Part shown: positions 9,126 through 17,929 of the stretch, in pieces
Layout of the letters: each line of letters begins with the position of its first letter
Numbering within the stretch: the first letter of the stretch is position 1
Assembly (NCBI GenBank): GCA_033853815.1
Contig: JAWOLE010000092.1
Coordinates: forward strand, 1-39,254
Direction of reading: 5' to 3'
DNA length: 39,254 nucleotides
Origin: Thermoanaerobaculia bacterium
GTDB taxonomy: Bacteria > Acidobacteriota > Thermoanaerobaculia > UBA5066 > Gp7-AA6
Program-made: the position numbers and the translations under genes
The notes under the pieces: generated by a model
Told to the model about the DNA's origin: nothing
Databases searched by the model: none
The model's input: the letters and a program-made list of their open reading frames with translations, nothing else

Positions 9126-10481
9126 TTACCATCCGCGGGCCTCTTTCAGCCGCCGGTCCACGTCCTCGGCCTTTCCGGCCTCTTCGCTCCACCAGGAGGG
9201 GGAGCGCTGGGCATCCAGCTCCTCCGCGGTCTTGCCCTGCTGCTCGACCCAGGTGAAGTACTTCAGGTTGTGCCAGCGCTCGCGGTTCTCGCGCGTTGCC
9301 TCGGCGATCCAGTCGAGCTTCTGGCCGTGGAAGATCCGGGCGAGATGCTCTCGCGCCGTCTCCCGCGTCAGGGGCCCCGTCCTCTGCCCGAGCCGCCGCA
9401 TGACGGAGGGGTAGCGGTCGAAGCCGTCGGTCGCGACGGTCACGACCGCCTGGTCCCGCCCCAGCCCCAGCCAGCGGGCGGTCTTGATCGCTCCGAGGAT
9501 GTTGCAGACGCCGCTCACGCCAAGGAGCGTCGAAAGCCGCGCCGCCAATTCCCCCAGGCCCGCCTCGCTGGCAAGGTACGCGGTTCCGGCCGGATCGCTG
9601 ACGAGCCTCAAGCCAAGCAGGCATTCCTCGTCGTCGATGCACATCATGGCGTCGAGGTTGCCGACGTGGTGGATCCAGGTGACGTGCTTGTCGCCGATCC
9701 CTTCGATCGCGTGGCCGCCGTAGCCGTTTAAGGAAAGGGTCGGGCATTGCACCGGCTCGAGCCCGACGATCCTCGTGCCGAAGCGCTTCTTCAGGGCGTC
9801 GCCCGCCGCGATCGTGCCGGCCGAGCCCATGGCCGAGACGAAGGCCGCGGGACGGCCGGCGGAGAGCTCCTCGACGGCGGCGGCCGCGGCGGCGCCCGTG
9901 ACATGGTAGTGCCAGCGGTAATTCGCCATCTCGGCGAACTGGTTCATGACGCGCACCTTCGGGTCGGCCGCGAGGCGCCGGCACTCGTCATAGATCTCCT
10001 TGACGTTGGACTCGCTGCCGGGAGTCTTGACGGCCGTGGCGCCGTAGGCCTCGATCTTCTCGAAGCGTTCCGCGCTCATCCCCTCCGGCAGGATGACGAC
10101 GGACTCGTAGCCCATGCGCGGGCCGACCCATGCGCCTCCGATCCCGTAGTTGCCGGTCGAGGGCCACACGAGCGTCGAATCCCCGGGCAAGACGTCGCCG
10201 GCCAGCTGGTGCTCCATCAGGACCGAGTAGGTCGCGCCCACCTTGTGCGACCCGGTGGGGAGGTCCCTTGCGTAGAGGAGCACGATCGGCGCCGTGACGC
10301 CGGTCAGGGCTTCCGGGAGCAGGAGCGCGCGGACGCGGCCCGAAGCGTCCCGCCACGTGATGTTGAAGAGGTTGGCGGGATCGAGGGGAGCCTCGCGTTC
10401 AGCCGCGAGCGCCCGCGCGCGCACCCTTCCGGGCAGGCGCGACGGATCGCGCATCTCCTCGTAGGTCGGGCCGTGGATCAT
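9126..10481 (-). CDS. Fold-type II PLP-dependent enzyme (cysteine synthase/TrpB superfamily), substrate unknown
   Basis: PTGSHKVG (Schiff-base Lys), WPSTGNYG, MGSAGT, HAIEGIGDKH; ATG at 10481 overlaps the upstream stop. Confidence 0.8.
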   Translation of the reverse strand: MIHGPTYEEMRDPSRLPGRVRARALAAEREAPLDPANLFNITWRDASGRVRALLLPEALTGVTAPIVLLYARDLPTGSHKVGATYSVLMEHQLAGDVLPGDSTLVWPSTGNYGIGGAWVGPRMGYESVVILPEGMSAERFEKIEAYGATAVKTPGSESNVKEIYDECRRLAADPKVRVMNQFAEMANYRWHYHVTGAAAAAAVEELSAGRPAAFVSAMGSAGTIAAGDALKKRFGTRIVGLEPVQCPTLSLNGYGGHAIEGIGDKHVTWIHHVGNLDAMMCIDDEECLLGLRLVSDPAGTAYLASEAGLGELAARLSTLLGVSGVCNILGAIKTARWLGLGRDQAVVTVATDGFDRYPSVMRRLGQRTGPLTRETAREHLARIFHGQKLDWIAEATRENRERWHNLKYFTWVEQQGKTAEELDAQRSPSWWSEEAGKAEDVDRRLKEARGW

Positions 10482-11737
10482 GCGGCCTCCGCTGCAAGCG
10501 CTTTCCGGACCGCTTCGAGTGAGGGAGAAATCCGGGAAGGCGGCGCTACCGATCGCATTGCCCCGCGGATGTCCTTCAGGCCGTTGCCGGTCGCGACGTG
10601 GAGGACGCTCTCGCCTCGCGCGACGAGTCCTCTCTCGATCGCGGCCTCGAGCCCCGCCAGCGCCGCCACGCCCGTCGGCTCCGCGAAGACCCCGGTCGCG
10701 CGGGCCAGGCGCGGGATCCACGAAAGGATGGCCTCGTCGGAGGCGGTGACGATCGCGCCGCCGGAGGCCCGCACGGCCCGCAGAGCCTTGACGCCATTTC
10801 GCGGCGCGCCGACGTTGATCGAATCGGCGATCGTGCGCGCGGCGACCGGCTCGATCTTCTCGTCCCCGCGCTCGAAAGTCCTCGCGAGCGGCGCCGCTTC
10901 TTCGGCCTGGACGGCGAGGATCCGCGGCAGCCGGTCGACGACGCCGTGCCGCTTCATCTCGGTCAGTCCCTTCCAGATTCCGGCTGTCGTGCAGCCGTCG
11001 CCCAGGGCCACGGTGACGACGTCGGGCATCCGGTCGCGCATCTCTTCGGCGATCTCCAGGCCGCAGGTCTTCTTTCCCTCGACGAGATAGGGGTTGATCG
11101 CGCAGTTCCTGTTGTACCAGCCGAAGGCCTCGACCGATTCCTGGCAGGTCGCGAAAGCGTCCTCGTAGGCGCCTTCGACGAGGAACACCTTCGCGCCGTA
11201 AACCAGCAGCTGCGCCACCTTCGCCTCGGGCGCGGAGGCGGGAACGAAGATGTAGGCCTTCAACCCGGCCTCGGCCGCGAACCCGGCGAGCGAGGAGGCG
11301 GCGTTTCCGGTCGAGGAGCAGGTCACCTCGCGTCGGCCGAGCCAGCGCGCCCGCGTCACCCCGACCGCGCTCGCGCGGTCCTTGAAGGAGCCGGTCGGGT
11401 TGCGCCCGTCGTCCTTGACGAAGAGCGCCGAAAGCGAGAGCTCGCGCGCGAGCGCCGGCGCTTCGATGACCGGCGTCCCCCCGGCGGCAAGCCTCGGCGG
11501 GACGACGTCGTCCGGCAGGGGCAGGAGCGCCCGGTAGCGCCAGATCGAGCCGTCGCGCGAGGAGGCGAGCGTCTCCTTCGAGAAGGATCGGGCGACGAGA
11601 TCGTGGTCGTACTCGACGTCGAGGATCCCCGCGAGGCCGCAGCGCGGGCAGGTGTATTCCTGCTCGCCGTGGGCGTAGCGCGCGCCGCAGAGGACGCAGG
11701 AGAGGCCCGAGACCTTCGGCAGCGGCGAGGAGGTCAA
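10478..11737 (-). CDS. Threonine-synthase-like PLP enzyme with N-terminal Zn ribbon
   Basis: CVLC...CPRC, NPTGSFKDRAS, SSTGNAASS, NPYLVEGKKT, ADSINVG, FAEP, TGNGLKD; TTG start. Confidence 0.8.
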   Translation of the reverse strand: MTSSPLPKVSGLSCVLCGARYAHGEQEYTCPRCGLAGILDVEYDHDLVARSFSKETLASSRDGSIWRYRALLPLPDDVVPPRLAAGGTPVIEAPALARELSLSALFVKDDGRNPTGSFKDRASAVGVTRARWLGRREVTCSSTGNAASSLAGFAAEAGLKAYIFVPASAPEAKVAQLLVYGAKVFLVEGAYEDAFATCQESVEAFGWYNRNCAINPYLVEGKKTCGLEIAEEMRDRMPDVVTVALGDGCTTAGIWKGLTEMKRHGVVDRLPRILAVQAEEAAPLARTFERGDEKIEPVAARTIADSINVGAPRNGVKALRAVRASGGAIVTASDEAILSWIPRLARATGVFAEPTGVAALAGLEAAIERGLVARGESVLHVATGNGLKDIRGAMRSVAPPSRISPSLEAVRKALAAEAA

Positions 11738-11741
11738 GCGG

Positions 11742-14426
11742 TCACCGCTTGAGCGCGCGCGCGGCGGGCGAGTCCTTCATCGGCAGCGTGAACCGCCGGA
11801 TACCGTCGAATGCGTAGAGGGCGCCGGCCACGGCCGGGGCCGTCGGGACGAGGCCGATCTCGCCGACCCCCTTTGCCCCGAAGGGCCCGTCGGGCTGCGG
11901 GTCCTCGACCAGGATCACCTCGACCTCCGGCATGTCGCGGGAGCGCAGGATCCCGTAATCGCGCAGGCGGAAGGTGACCGGCATCCCATCGCGGCAGACC
12001 ATCTCTTCCGAGAGCGCATAGCCCAGGCCCATGTGGACCGATCCCTCGATCTGCCCCTCGCAGAGCTTCGGGTTGATGGCACGGCCGACGTCGTGGGCCG
12101 CGACGACCTTCGCGAGGTGGCCCTTCTCGTCCAGGACGACGACCTGCGTCGCGAAGCCGAAGGCCGGGTGGAGCTTCACGGGTTTTCCCGGCGGGGGCTC
12201 GTGGCCGAGTTCGACGGTGTCGTCCTGGAGGACCTCGCCGACGTACACCTTGCCGGCGAGGTCGGCGAGCGTCGCGCCCGCGTCGAGGTCGGCTCGGAGC
12301 TGCCGCGCGGCGGCGACGACGGCGCGGCCGCCGAAGAAGGTCGCCCGCGAGCCGGTCGTCTGCCCCGACGACATCGGGAAGCGCGTGTCCACGCGGGCGC
12401 GGAAGGCGGAAGGCGGAAGGCCCGTGACCTCGCAGGCGCACTGGACGAGGACGGTTAAGAGGCCCTGGCCCATTTCGGTGAAGCCGTTGTAGAGCGTGAC
12501 CATGCCGTCCGGCTCGACGACGAGGCGGGCCTTGCCCCACTCTTTGGCGCCGTTGCCGATGCCGCAGTTCTTGATGCCGCAGGCGATCCCGGCGCGGCCG
12601 CGATTCTTTCGGTAGGCGTCCTTGACGGCGAGGAGCGTCTTCTTCAGGCCCACCGAGGCCTCGAGCTTCTGTCCACAGGACCACTCGTCGCCGGCCTCGA
12701 GCGCGTTTCGCCAGCGAATCTCCCAGCCGTCGAGTCCGACCTTCTCGGCCAGCATGTCGAGGGCCCCTTCGATCGCGAAGTGCGCCTGGTTCGCGCCGAA
12801 GCCCCGCATGGCTCCGCAGGGCGGGTTGTTGGTGTAGACGGCCAGGGCCTCGATGTCCAGGTTGGCGCAGCGATAGGGACCGGCGGCGTGCCCGGCCGAG
12901 CGCTCGAGCACCTTCATGCCGACGGAGGCGTAGGCGCCGGAGTCTCCGATCATGCGCGCCTCGACCGCCGTCAGGCGCCCTTCGGCGTCGCACCCGACTC
13001 TGTAGCGCATCCTGATCGGATGGCGCTTGGGATGGATGCGCATCGACTCCTCGCGCGAGAGGACGAGCCTCACGGGACGGCCCGTCTTGACGGCGAGCAG
13101 CGCCGTCTGGGCCTGGATCGCCATGTCTTCCTTGCCGCCGAAGGCGCCGCCGTTGGGCACGAGGACGACGTGGAGGTCGTCGCCGGGCATGCCGAGAAAC
13201 TCCGAGACCTGACGGTGGTCGTCGAAGACCCCCTGTCCCTGCGTGTACAACGTCAGCTTCGCGCGGGGGCAGTCTCCCGTGGCGTCGCCGGGGACGGCCG
13301 CGCAGGCCTCGGGCTCGAGGTACAGGTGCTCGATCCTCTGGGTCTGCCAGGTGCCATCGACGACGTGCGCCGAGGAGGCGAGAGCGGCCTGCGCGTCGCC
13401 GCGGCGGATGACGGAGCGGGAGAGGAGATTTCCCTGCGGGCCGACCCTGGGAGCGCCTTTCTCGAGAGCCTTCTCCGGGTCGGTCACGGCCGGCAGGACT
13501 TCGTATTCGACCGCGACGCGCCTGGCGGCTTCGCGCGCCGTCCTCTCGTCGACCGCGGCCACAGCGGCGAGGACGTCCCCCACGCAGTGCGTCTCCTCGC
13601 CTTCCGCGACGAAGCCCGGCCAGTCGTCCACGATCAGGCCGTAGAAGCGCTTCCCGGGCACGTCCCTCGCGGTGACGACCGCGGCGACCCCGGGATGCGC
13701 GGCTGCCAGCGCCGTGTCGATCTTCTTCACGCGGGCACGCGCGTGGAGCGAGAGGACGACCGCGCCTTGGAGCATTCCCGGAAACTGCAGGTCCGCGACG
13801 TAGGGCCTCGTCCCTAGCGCCAGCTCTTCCGCCTCGTAGCGGTCGAGGCTCGTCCCGACGCGGCCGGAGCCGTCGCCTTCCGGCAGGGACTCGCCCCGGC
13901 GAAGCCGCGCCGCGGCGTGGAAGGCCTCGAAGATCTTCACGTACCCGGTGCAGCGGCAGAGGTGCGGGTCGAGCTTGCGGCGGATCTCTTCGTCGGTCGG
14001 ATCCGGGTTGGCGTCCAGCACGCTCTTCATCCGCAGCGCGATGCCCGGGATGCAGAAGCCGCACTGCAGGCCCGCGGTCCGCGCGAACGCCTCCCCGTAG
14101 AGGCGCCGCTCCTCGGCGGGAACGCCTTCGAGCGTCAGGACCGTCTTGCCCGCGGCCGACTTCGCCGGCACCGCGCAGGCGGTCTTGGGGAGGCCGTCCA
14201 CCAGGGCCAGGCACGCGCCGCACTGTCCTTGAGGCGAGCAGCCGTCCTTGGGCGAGGTGATGCCCGCGTGGTCGCGGAGCAGCTCGAGCAGCGAGGCGTC
14301 CTCGGGGACCTCGAAGGCGCGTGGCTCGCCGTTCAACGTCAGCTCGACGCGCAGCCGGCTCGGCGCGCCCGGCACCTCCGGGAGGGAGGAAGCGGCCGGG
14401 GCCATGGTGGCGGAGGTCTGCTTCAT
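11742..14426 (-). CDS. Molybdenum hydroxylase with fused 2x[2Fe-2S] domain (selenium-dependent xanthine dehydrogenase-like)
   Basis: KDGCSPQGQCGAC, QCGFCIPG, HLCRCTGY, GGAFGGK, AMRGFG, TEMGQG, TTGSR, GAKGVGEIG. Confidence 0.85.
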   Translation of the reverse strand: MKQTSATMAPAASSLPEVPGAPSRLRVELTLNGEPRAFEVPEDASLLELLRDHAGITSPKDGCSPQGQCGACLALVDGLPKTACAVPAKSAAGKTVLTLEGVPAEERRLYGEAFARTAGLQCGFCIPGIALRMKSVLDANPDPTDEEIRRKLDPHLCRCTGYVKIFEAFHAAARLRRGESLPEGDGSGRVGTSLDRYEAEELALGTRPYVADLQFPGMLQGAVVLSLHARARVKKIDTALAAAHPGVAAVVTARDVPGKRFYGLIVDDWPGFVAEGEETHCVGDVLAAVAAVDERTAREAARRVAVEYEVLPAVTDPEKALEKGAPRVGPQGNLLSRSVIRRGDAQAALASSAHVVDGTWQTQRIEHLYLEPEACAAVPGDATGDCPRAKLTLYTQGQGVFDDHRQVSEFLGMPGDDLHVVLVPNGGAFGGKEDMAIQAQTALLAVKTGRPVRLVLSREESMRIHPKRHPIRMRYRVGCDAEGRLTAVEARMIGDSGAYASVGMKVLERSAGHAAGPYRCANLDIEALAVYTNNPPCGAMRGFGANQAHFAIEGALDMLAEKVGLDGWEIRWRNALEAGDEWSCGQKLEASVGLKKTLLAVKDAYRKNRGRAGIACGIKNCGIGNGAKEWGKARLVVEPDGMVTLYNGFTEMGQGLLTVLVQCACEVTGLPPSAFRARVDTRFPMSSGQTTGSRATFFGGRAVVAAARQLRADLDAGATLADLAGKVYVGEVLQDDTVELGHEPPPGKPVKLHPAFGFATQVVVLDEKGHLAKVVAAHDVGRAINPKLCEGQIEGSVHMGLGYALSEEMVCRDGMPVTFRLRDYGILRSRDMPEVEVILVEDPQPDGPFGAKGVGEIGLVPTAPAVAGALYAFDGIRRFTLPMKDSPAARALKR

Positions 14427-14527
14427 TTGAGCCCTTCAGGATAATCGATCGCCCCCCTCAGGGCGAACGCCGCGAGCTGGGCGTGGTGTGCACTTTGATC
14501 TCCCGGGGAGGCATCGGTTTGAAGGCC

Positions 14528-14890
14528 GCCCCGGATCCGTCGGCATTCCCTCGTCGGCACGCGGCGGCTAGGCCACCAGCACGAGATCCGTGCCGCCGCT
14601 CCGGTGCGAGGGCACAGCGACAACTTCTCGCATCTCCCTTTCGGCGTGTGCCCTCGCACAGGGCCTCCTCCGGGAAAAGCCGCCGGCTCCGGGGCTCTCA
14701 GCGCGGCTTGAGTCCCGGTGTGAGCCCCGGCGGCGGGACGACTCCCGGAGGAGGCGATGAGCGAAGGAGCATGGCACGCCGAGTCGTTCGCCTCGCCAAA
14801 CCTGCGACTGAGCGACCAGCGACGGCCCGGGTTTCGCTTTGGCGGTGGGGCCGGAGCGTGCCGACGAGGGAGGCGGCCCGACGCCGGGGC
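14528..14890. repeat. Structured ~360-bp intergenic element, copy 1
   Basis: Perfect 16-bp IR TCCCTCGTCGGCACGC at 14547-14562 / 14856-14871; perfect 13-bp internal stems 14604-14616/14647-14659 and 14663-14675/14743-14755; homologous to 31979-32339 and 36437-36800. Confidence 0.9.
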
Positions 14891-14923
14891 GTCTCGAAGC
14901 GGCACGAATCGGGCCGGCAGGAT

Positions 14924-15619
14924 TCAGGGGAGGCGGGAGGGAGAGGTCCGGGCACCCGGCGGGGCGATGCGGCCGTCGCGGAGCTCCACGACCCGGTCGG
15001 CGCGGCGCGAGGCTGCCGGCCAGTGCGTGGCGAGGACGAGCGTGACGCCGCGCTCGCGGCGGATTCCGTCCAGGAGCTCGAGCACCTGTTCCCCGTTGGC
15101 GCTGTCGAGGTTGCCCGTGGGCTCGTCCGCGAGGAGCAGGCCGGCGCCGGCCGCTAGGGCGCGGGCGATCGCGACCCGCTGCATCTCGCCTCCTGAGAGC
15201 TCGTAGGGGTAAGCCGCGGCTCGGTGGGCGAGTCCCACCCTGTCGAGCAGCTCCGCGGCGATGCGAGCCGCGTCGGGCCGGGCGTCCAGCGCGCCCGGCA
15301 GCTCGACGTTCTCCGCCGCCGAGATGTGAGGCAGAAGGTTGAAGAACTGGAAGACGATCCCGACCTCCCGGCGGCGGTAGAGGGTCAGCTCCGCCTCCGA
15401 GAGAGAGCCGACATCGCGTCCGCCGACGGAGACCGTGCCGGAAGTCGGGCGGTCGATGCCCCCGAGCATATGGAGGAGCGTGGACTTGCCGCCGCCCGAG
15501 GGTCCGACGACGGCGAGGAACTCGCCCGCGGCGACGTCCAGATCGACCGAGTCGAGTGCGACGACAGGTTGCGCTCCCTCGTAGACCTTCCGGAGCGCGC
15601 GGCAGGAAATCGAAGGCAT
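14924..15619 (-). CDS. ABC transporter ATP-binding protein (LolD/MacB type)
   Basis: [43 protein letters not shown]. Confidence 0.93.
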   Translation of the reverse strand: MPSISCRALRKVYEGAQPVVALDSVDLDVAAGEFLAVVGPSGGGKSTLLHMLGGIDRPTSGTVSVGGRDVGSLSEAELTLYRRREVGIVFQFFNLLPHISAAENVELPGALDARPDAARIAAELLDRVGLAHRAAAYPYELSGGEMQRVAIARALAAGAGLLLADEPTGNLDSANGEQVLELLDGIRRERGVTLVLATHWPAASRRADRVVELRDGRIAPPGARTSPSRLP

Positions 15620-15626
15620 GGGTGGG

Positions 15627-15632
15627 AGAATA
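15627..15632 (-). promoter_or_regulatory. Putative -10 box (TATTCT), possible leaderless start
   Basis: TATTCT-cccaccc-ATG(15619); 7-nt spacing. Confidence 0.45.
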
Positions 15633-15636
15633 GACG

Positions 15637-15721
15637 AGTTGTCAGTTCTCAGTTTTCAGCTCTCAGTTCCCAGTCCGCTGTCGTCGTGGAACTGACGGCC
15701 GAGAACTGTCAACTGATAACT
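15637..15721. repeat. Heptamer tandem array with inverted counterpart (AGTTNTC x5 / GANAACT-like units)
   Basis: agttgtc agttctc agttttc agctctc agttccc ... gagaact gtcaact gataact, lying between divergent genes. Confidence 0.85.
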
Positions 15722-15722
15722 T
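15717..15722 (+). promoter_or_regulatory. Putative -10 box (TAACTT), possible leaderless start
   Basis: TAACTT-agcttc-ATG(15729); 6-nt spacing. Confidence 0.4.
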
Positions 15723-15728
15723 AGCTTC

Positions 15729-16520
15729 ATGAAGCCGCTGCTGCGCACGTGGAGGCAACGCGCGCTCATCGTCGCTCTGACGCGGCGGGAGCTGGCCGCC
15801 CGGTACCGCGGCGGCCTGCTCGGCTACCTCTGGTCGCTCGTGAACCCGCTCCTGCTTCTCGCCGTCTACGCGACCGTATTCCGCCTGGTCTTCACGCCGC
15901 GCGCGGACGTGCGCCCCTATGCGTTGTTCCTCTTCCTCGGCGTCCTCGCCTGGGGTTTCGTTTCTTCGGCCATTCTCGACTCCGCCGAGGCGTTTCGCGC
16001 CAACGGCCCCCTCCTGCGCAAGACGACCGTGGCGCCCGAGGTCTTTCCCGCGGCGGCTGTGGGAGCACGGCTGTCGCATCTGGTTCTCGCCCTCCCGGTG
16101 CTCGTCCTGGCGATCCTCTACGCCGCGATGCGAGGCAGCGTGACGCCGGGGCTGGCGGCGCTGGCGTTCCCCGCGGTGCTCCTGCTCCTGATGCTGACGG
16201 TGCTCGGCCTGGCCCTGGCCGTCTCCTCGCTCGCCGTCCATTTCGCCGACGTTCGCGACCTGATCGCCAATCTCCTGACGCTCGCCTTCTTTCTCACGCC
16301 GGTCCTCTATCCGGTGGACTCGGTTCCGCAGCGCTACCGCGGGCTGCTGCGCTTGAATCCCTTCGCGTCGTACTTCTCGGCCCTGCACGACAGTCTTTTC
16401 TTCTTCCGGTCGATCTCCGCGGCCGAGTGGGCCTGGATGGCGGGTACCGCCGCGCTCTCTCTGGCGGCCGGGGCGGCGATCTTCGAGCGCCTGCGCGACT
16501 CGATCGCCGAGGAAGCGTAG
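15729..16520 (+). CDS. wzm: ABC-2 polysaccharide exporter permease
   Basis: RELAARYRGGLLGYLWSLVNPL, FFLTPVLYP, LNP; six TM segments; followed by wzt. Confidence 0.9.
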   Translation: MKPLLRTWRQRALIVALTRRELAARYRGGLLGYLWSLVNPLLLLAVYATVFRLVFTPRADVRPYALFLFLGVLAWGFVSSAILDSAEAFRANGPLLRKTTVAPEVFPAAAVGARLSHLVLALPVLVLAILYAAMRGSVTPGLAALAFPAVLLLLMLTVLGLALAVSSLAVHFADVRDLIANLLTLAFFLTPVLYPVDSVPQRYRGLLRLNPFASYFSALHDSLFFFRSISAAEWAWMAGTAALSLAAGAAIFERLRDSIAEEA

Positions 16521-16552
16521 TCCCAACTGGGAGGCTGAGGCATGGAGGGAGC

Positions 16553-16634
16553 GACTGGGAGACGGGGAGACGGGGAGACTGGGAGAGTGGAGAATAGCGA
16601 CTTCACCCAGTCCCCCAGTCCCCCAGTCTCCCAG
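16553..16634. repeat. Octamer tandem array with inverted counterpart (GAC[T/G]GGGA x4 / CCCCAGTC x3)
   Basis: Read directly between wzm and wzt. Confidence 0.85.
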
Positions 16635-16660
16635 GCAGTCTCTCAGACGAGGAGAAGGCC

Positions 16661-17929
16661 TTGGTAGCGGCAGTGCGCGTGAGCGGCGTAACGAAGCTTT
16701 ACCGCAGGTATGGCCGCAAGCACACGGTCGGGACGCTCAAGTCGGCGTTCCTGACCCGCGGGGGCCTGCGGGCGCTGTCGCCCGACTCGGCCGTGTCTGC
16801 CCTCGTCAACCTCTCCTTCGAAGTCCCGGCGGGCGAGATGGTGGGCATCGTCGGCAGAAACGGATCAGGGAAGTCCACGCTCCTGAAGCTGCTCGCCGGG
16901 ATCGTCCGTCCCACCAGCGGCTCCGTTGAAGTCCGCGGCCGGCTGGCGGCCCTGCTGGAGCTGGGAGCGGGCTTTCACCCGGAGATCTCGGGCCGCGAGA
17001 ACATCGAGATCAACGGCCTGCTCCTCGGCCTCTCCAAACGCGAGATCTCCCGGCGTTTCGATGAGATCGTCCGCTTCGCCGAGCTCGAGGAGTTCCTCGA
17101 CGCTCCCTTGAAGACTTACTCCTCGGGCATGGCGGTCCGGCTCGGGTTCTCCATCGCGGCGCACAGCGACCCGGAGGTCCTGCTCGTGGACGAGGTGCTC
17201 GCGGTGGGAGACGAGGCCTTCTCGCACCGGTGCCTGGAGAAGTTCGCGGAGTTCGAGCGCGCCGGCAAGACGATCCTGGTCGTGTCCCACGATCTGGCGC
17301 TCATTTCCGAGCGGTGCCGGCGGGCGATCTGGCTCGACAACGGACGCCTGGAGGCCGACGGGCCGGCGCGGGAGACCGTCGCCCTCTATCGCGAGCGTGT
17401 GGCCGAGGAGGAGGGGGAACGGAAGATAGCTGTCCGCTCTCAGCTGTCAGCTGTCAGCCAGGAAGCCGGAGCTCCAAAGGCGTTCGCCAGGATTGGCTCG
17501 GGAGCGGCGACCGTGGTCGAGGTGAGGCTCCTGGATGCCGAGGGGCGCGCGGCGGGCCGGATCGTTTCCGGGCGGCCGGCCTCCCTGGAGATGCGCGTGG
17601 CGGTCCCGGCGCCTCTCTCCGATTTCGTCTTCGGGTTCGGCATCGCGACGGTCTCCGGCAACACCGTCTTCGGGACGAACACGGACATCGATGGGTTCCA
17701 GGCGGAGCAGTTTTCGGGAGAGGGGCACGCCGTGCTCGACATCCCCGCCCTCGCGCTCGCCCCCGGCTCCTACTCGGTGGACGCCGCCGTGCACGCGAAG
17801 GACGGCGCGCCGTACGACTACCGCCGCGACGTCCTGCGTTTCGAGGTGACAGCGGACCGGTCCGTCGCGGGAGTCTGGGACCCGCCGCGCAACTGGCGAT
17901 TCACGGGGCCCATCCGCTGGAAGTCGTGA
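16661..17929 (+). CDS. wzt: Polysaccharide ABC exporter ATPase with C-terminal Wzt_C (carbohydrate-binding) domain
   Basis: GRNGSGKSTLL, LELGAGFHPEISGRENI, KTYSSGM..RLGF, DEVLAVGD; ~150-aa C-terminal extension; AGGAG upstream of the TTG. Confidence 0.9.
   Translation: MVAAVRVSGVTKLYRRYGRKHTVGTLKSAFLTRGGLRALSPDSAVSALVNLSFEVPAGEMVGIVGRNGSGKSTLLKLLAGIVRPTSGSVEVRGRLAALLELGAGFHPEISGRENIEINGLLLGLSKREISRRFDEIVRFAELEEFLDAPLKTYSSGMAVRLGFSIAAHSDPEVLLVDEVLAVGDEAFSHRCLEKFAEFERAGKTILVVSHDLALISERCRRAIWLDNGRLEADGPARETVALYRERVAEEEGERKIAVRSQLSAVSQEAGAPKAFARIGSGAATVVEVRLLDAEGRAAGRIVSGRPASLEMRVAVPAPLSDFVFGFGIATVSGNTVFGTNTDIDGFQAEQFSGEGHAVLDIPALALAPGSYSVDAAVHAKDGAPYDYRRDVLRFEVTADRSVAGVWDPPRNWRFTGPIRWKS
17428..17458. 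repeat. Heptamer array AGCTGTC x4 inside the wzt interdomain linker
   Basis: agctgtc cgctctc agctgtc agctgtc agc. Confidence 0.6.

Noticed and set aside
10478-11737. Naming the gene thrC
   Set aside because: The family is clear, but there are no thrA/thrB neighbours and the catabolic context makes the substrate uncertain.
11734-11744. Selenocysteine read-through at TGA stops in the selenium-associated operon
   Set aside because: Each protein is complete at its TGA, and several stops overlap the next start. Se-dependent Mo-hydroxylases use a labile Se cofactor rather than Sec.
14427-14923. Purine riboswitch, Moco riboswitch or T-box upstream of the xanthine dehydrogenase operon
   Set aside because: No recognisable consensus. 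The same structure recurs between divergent and convergent glycosylation genes, so it is not operon-specific.
14757-15206. Similar peptides from ORFs 14757..15206(+) and 36235..36570(-) (MSEGA..AESFA...RLSDQRRPG)
   Set aside because: The similarity comes from the repeated structured element. Both ORFs run antisense into real genes and diverge outside the repeat.
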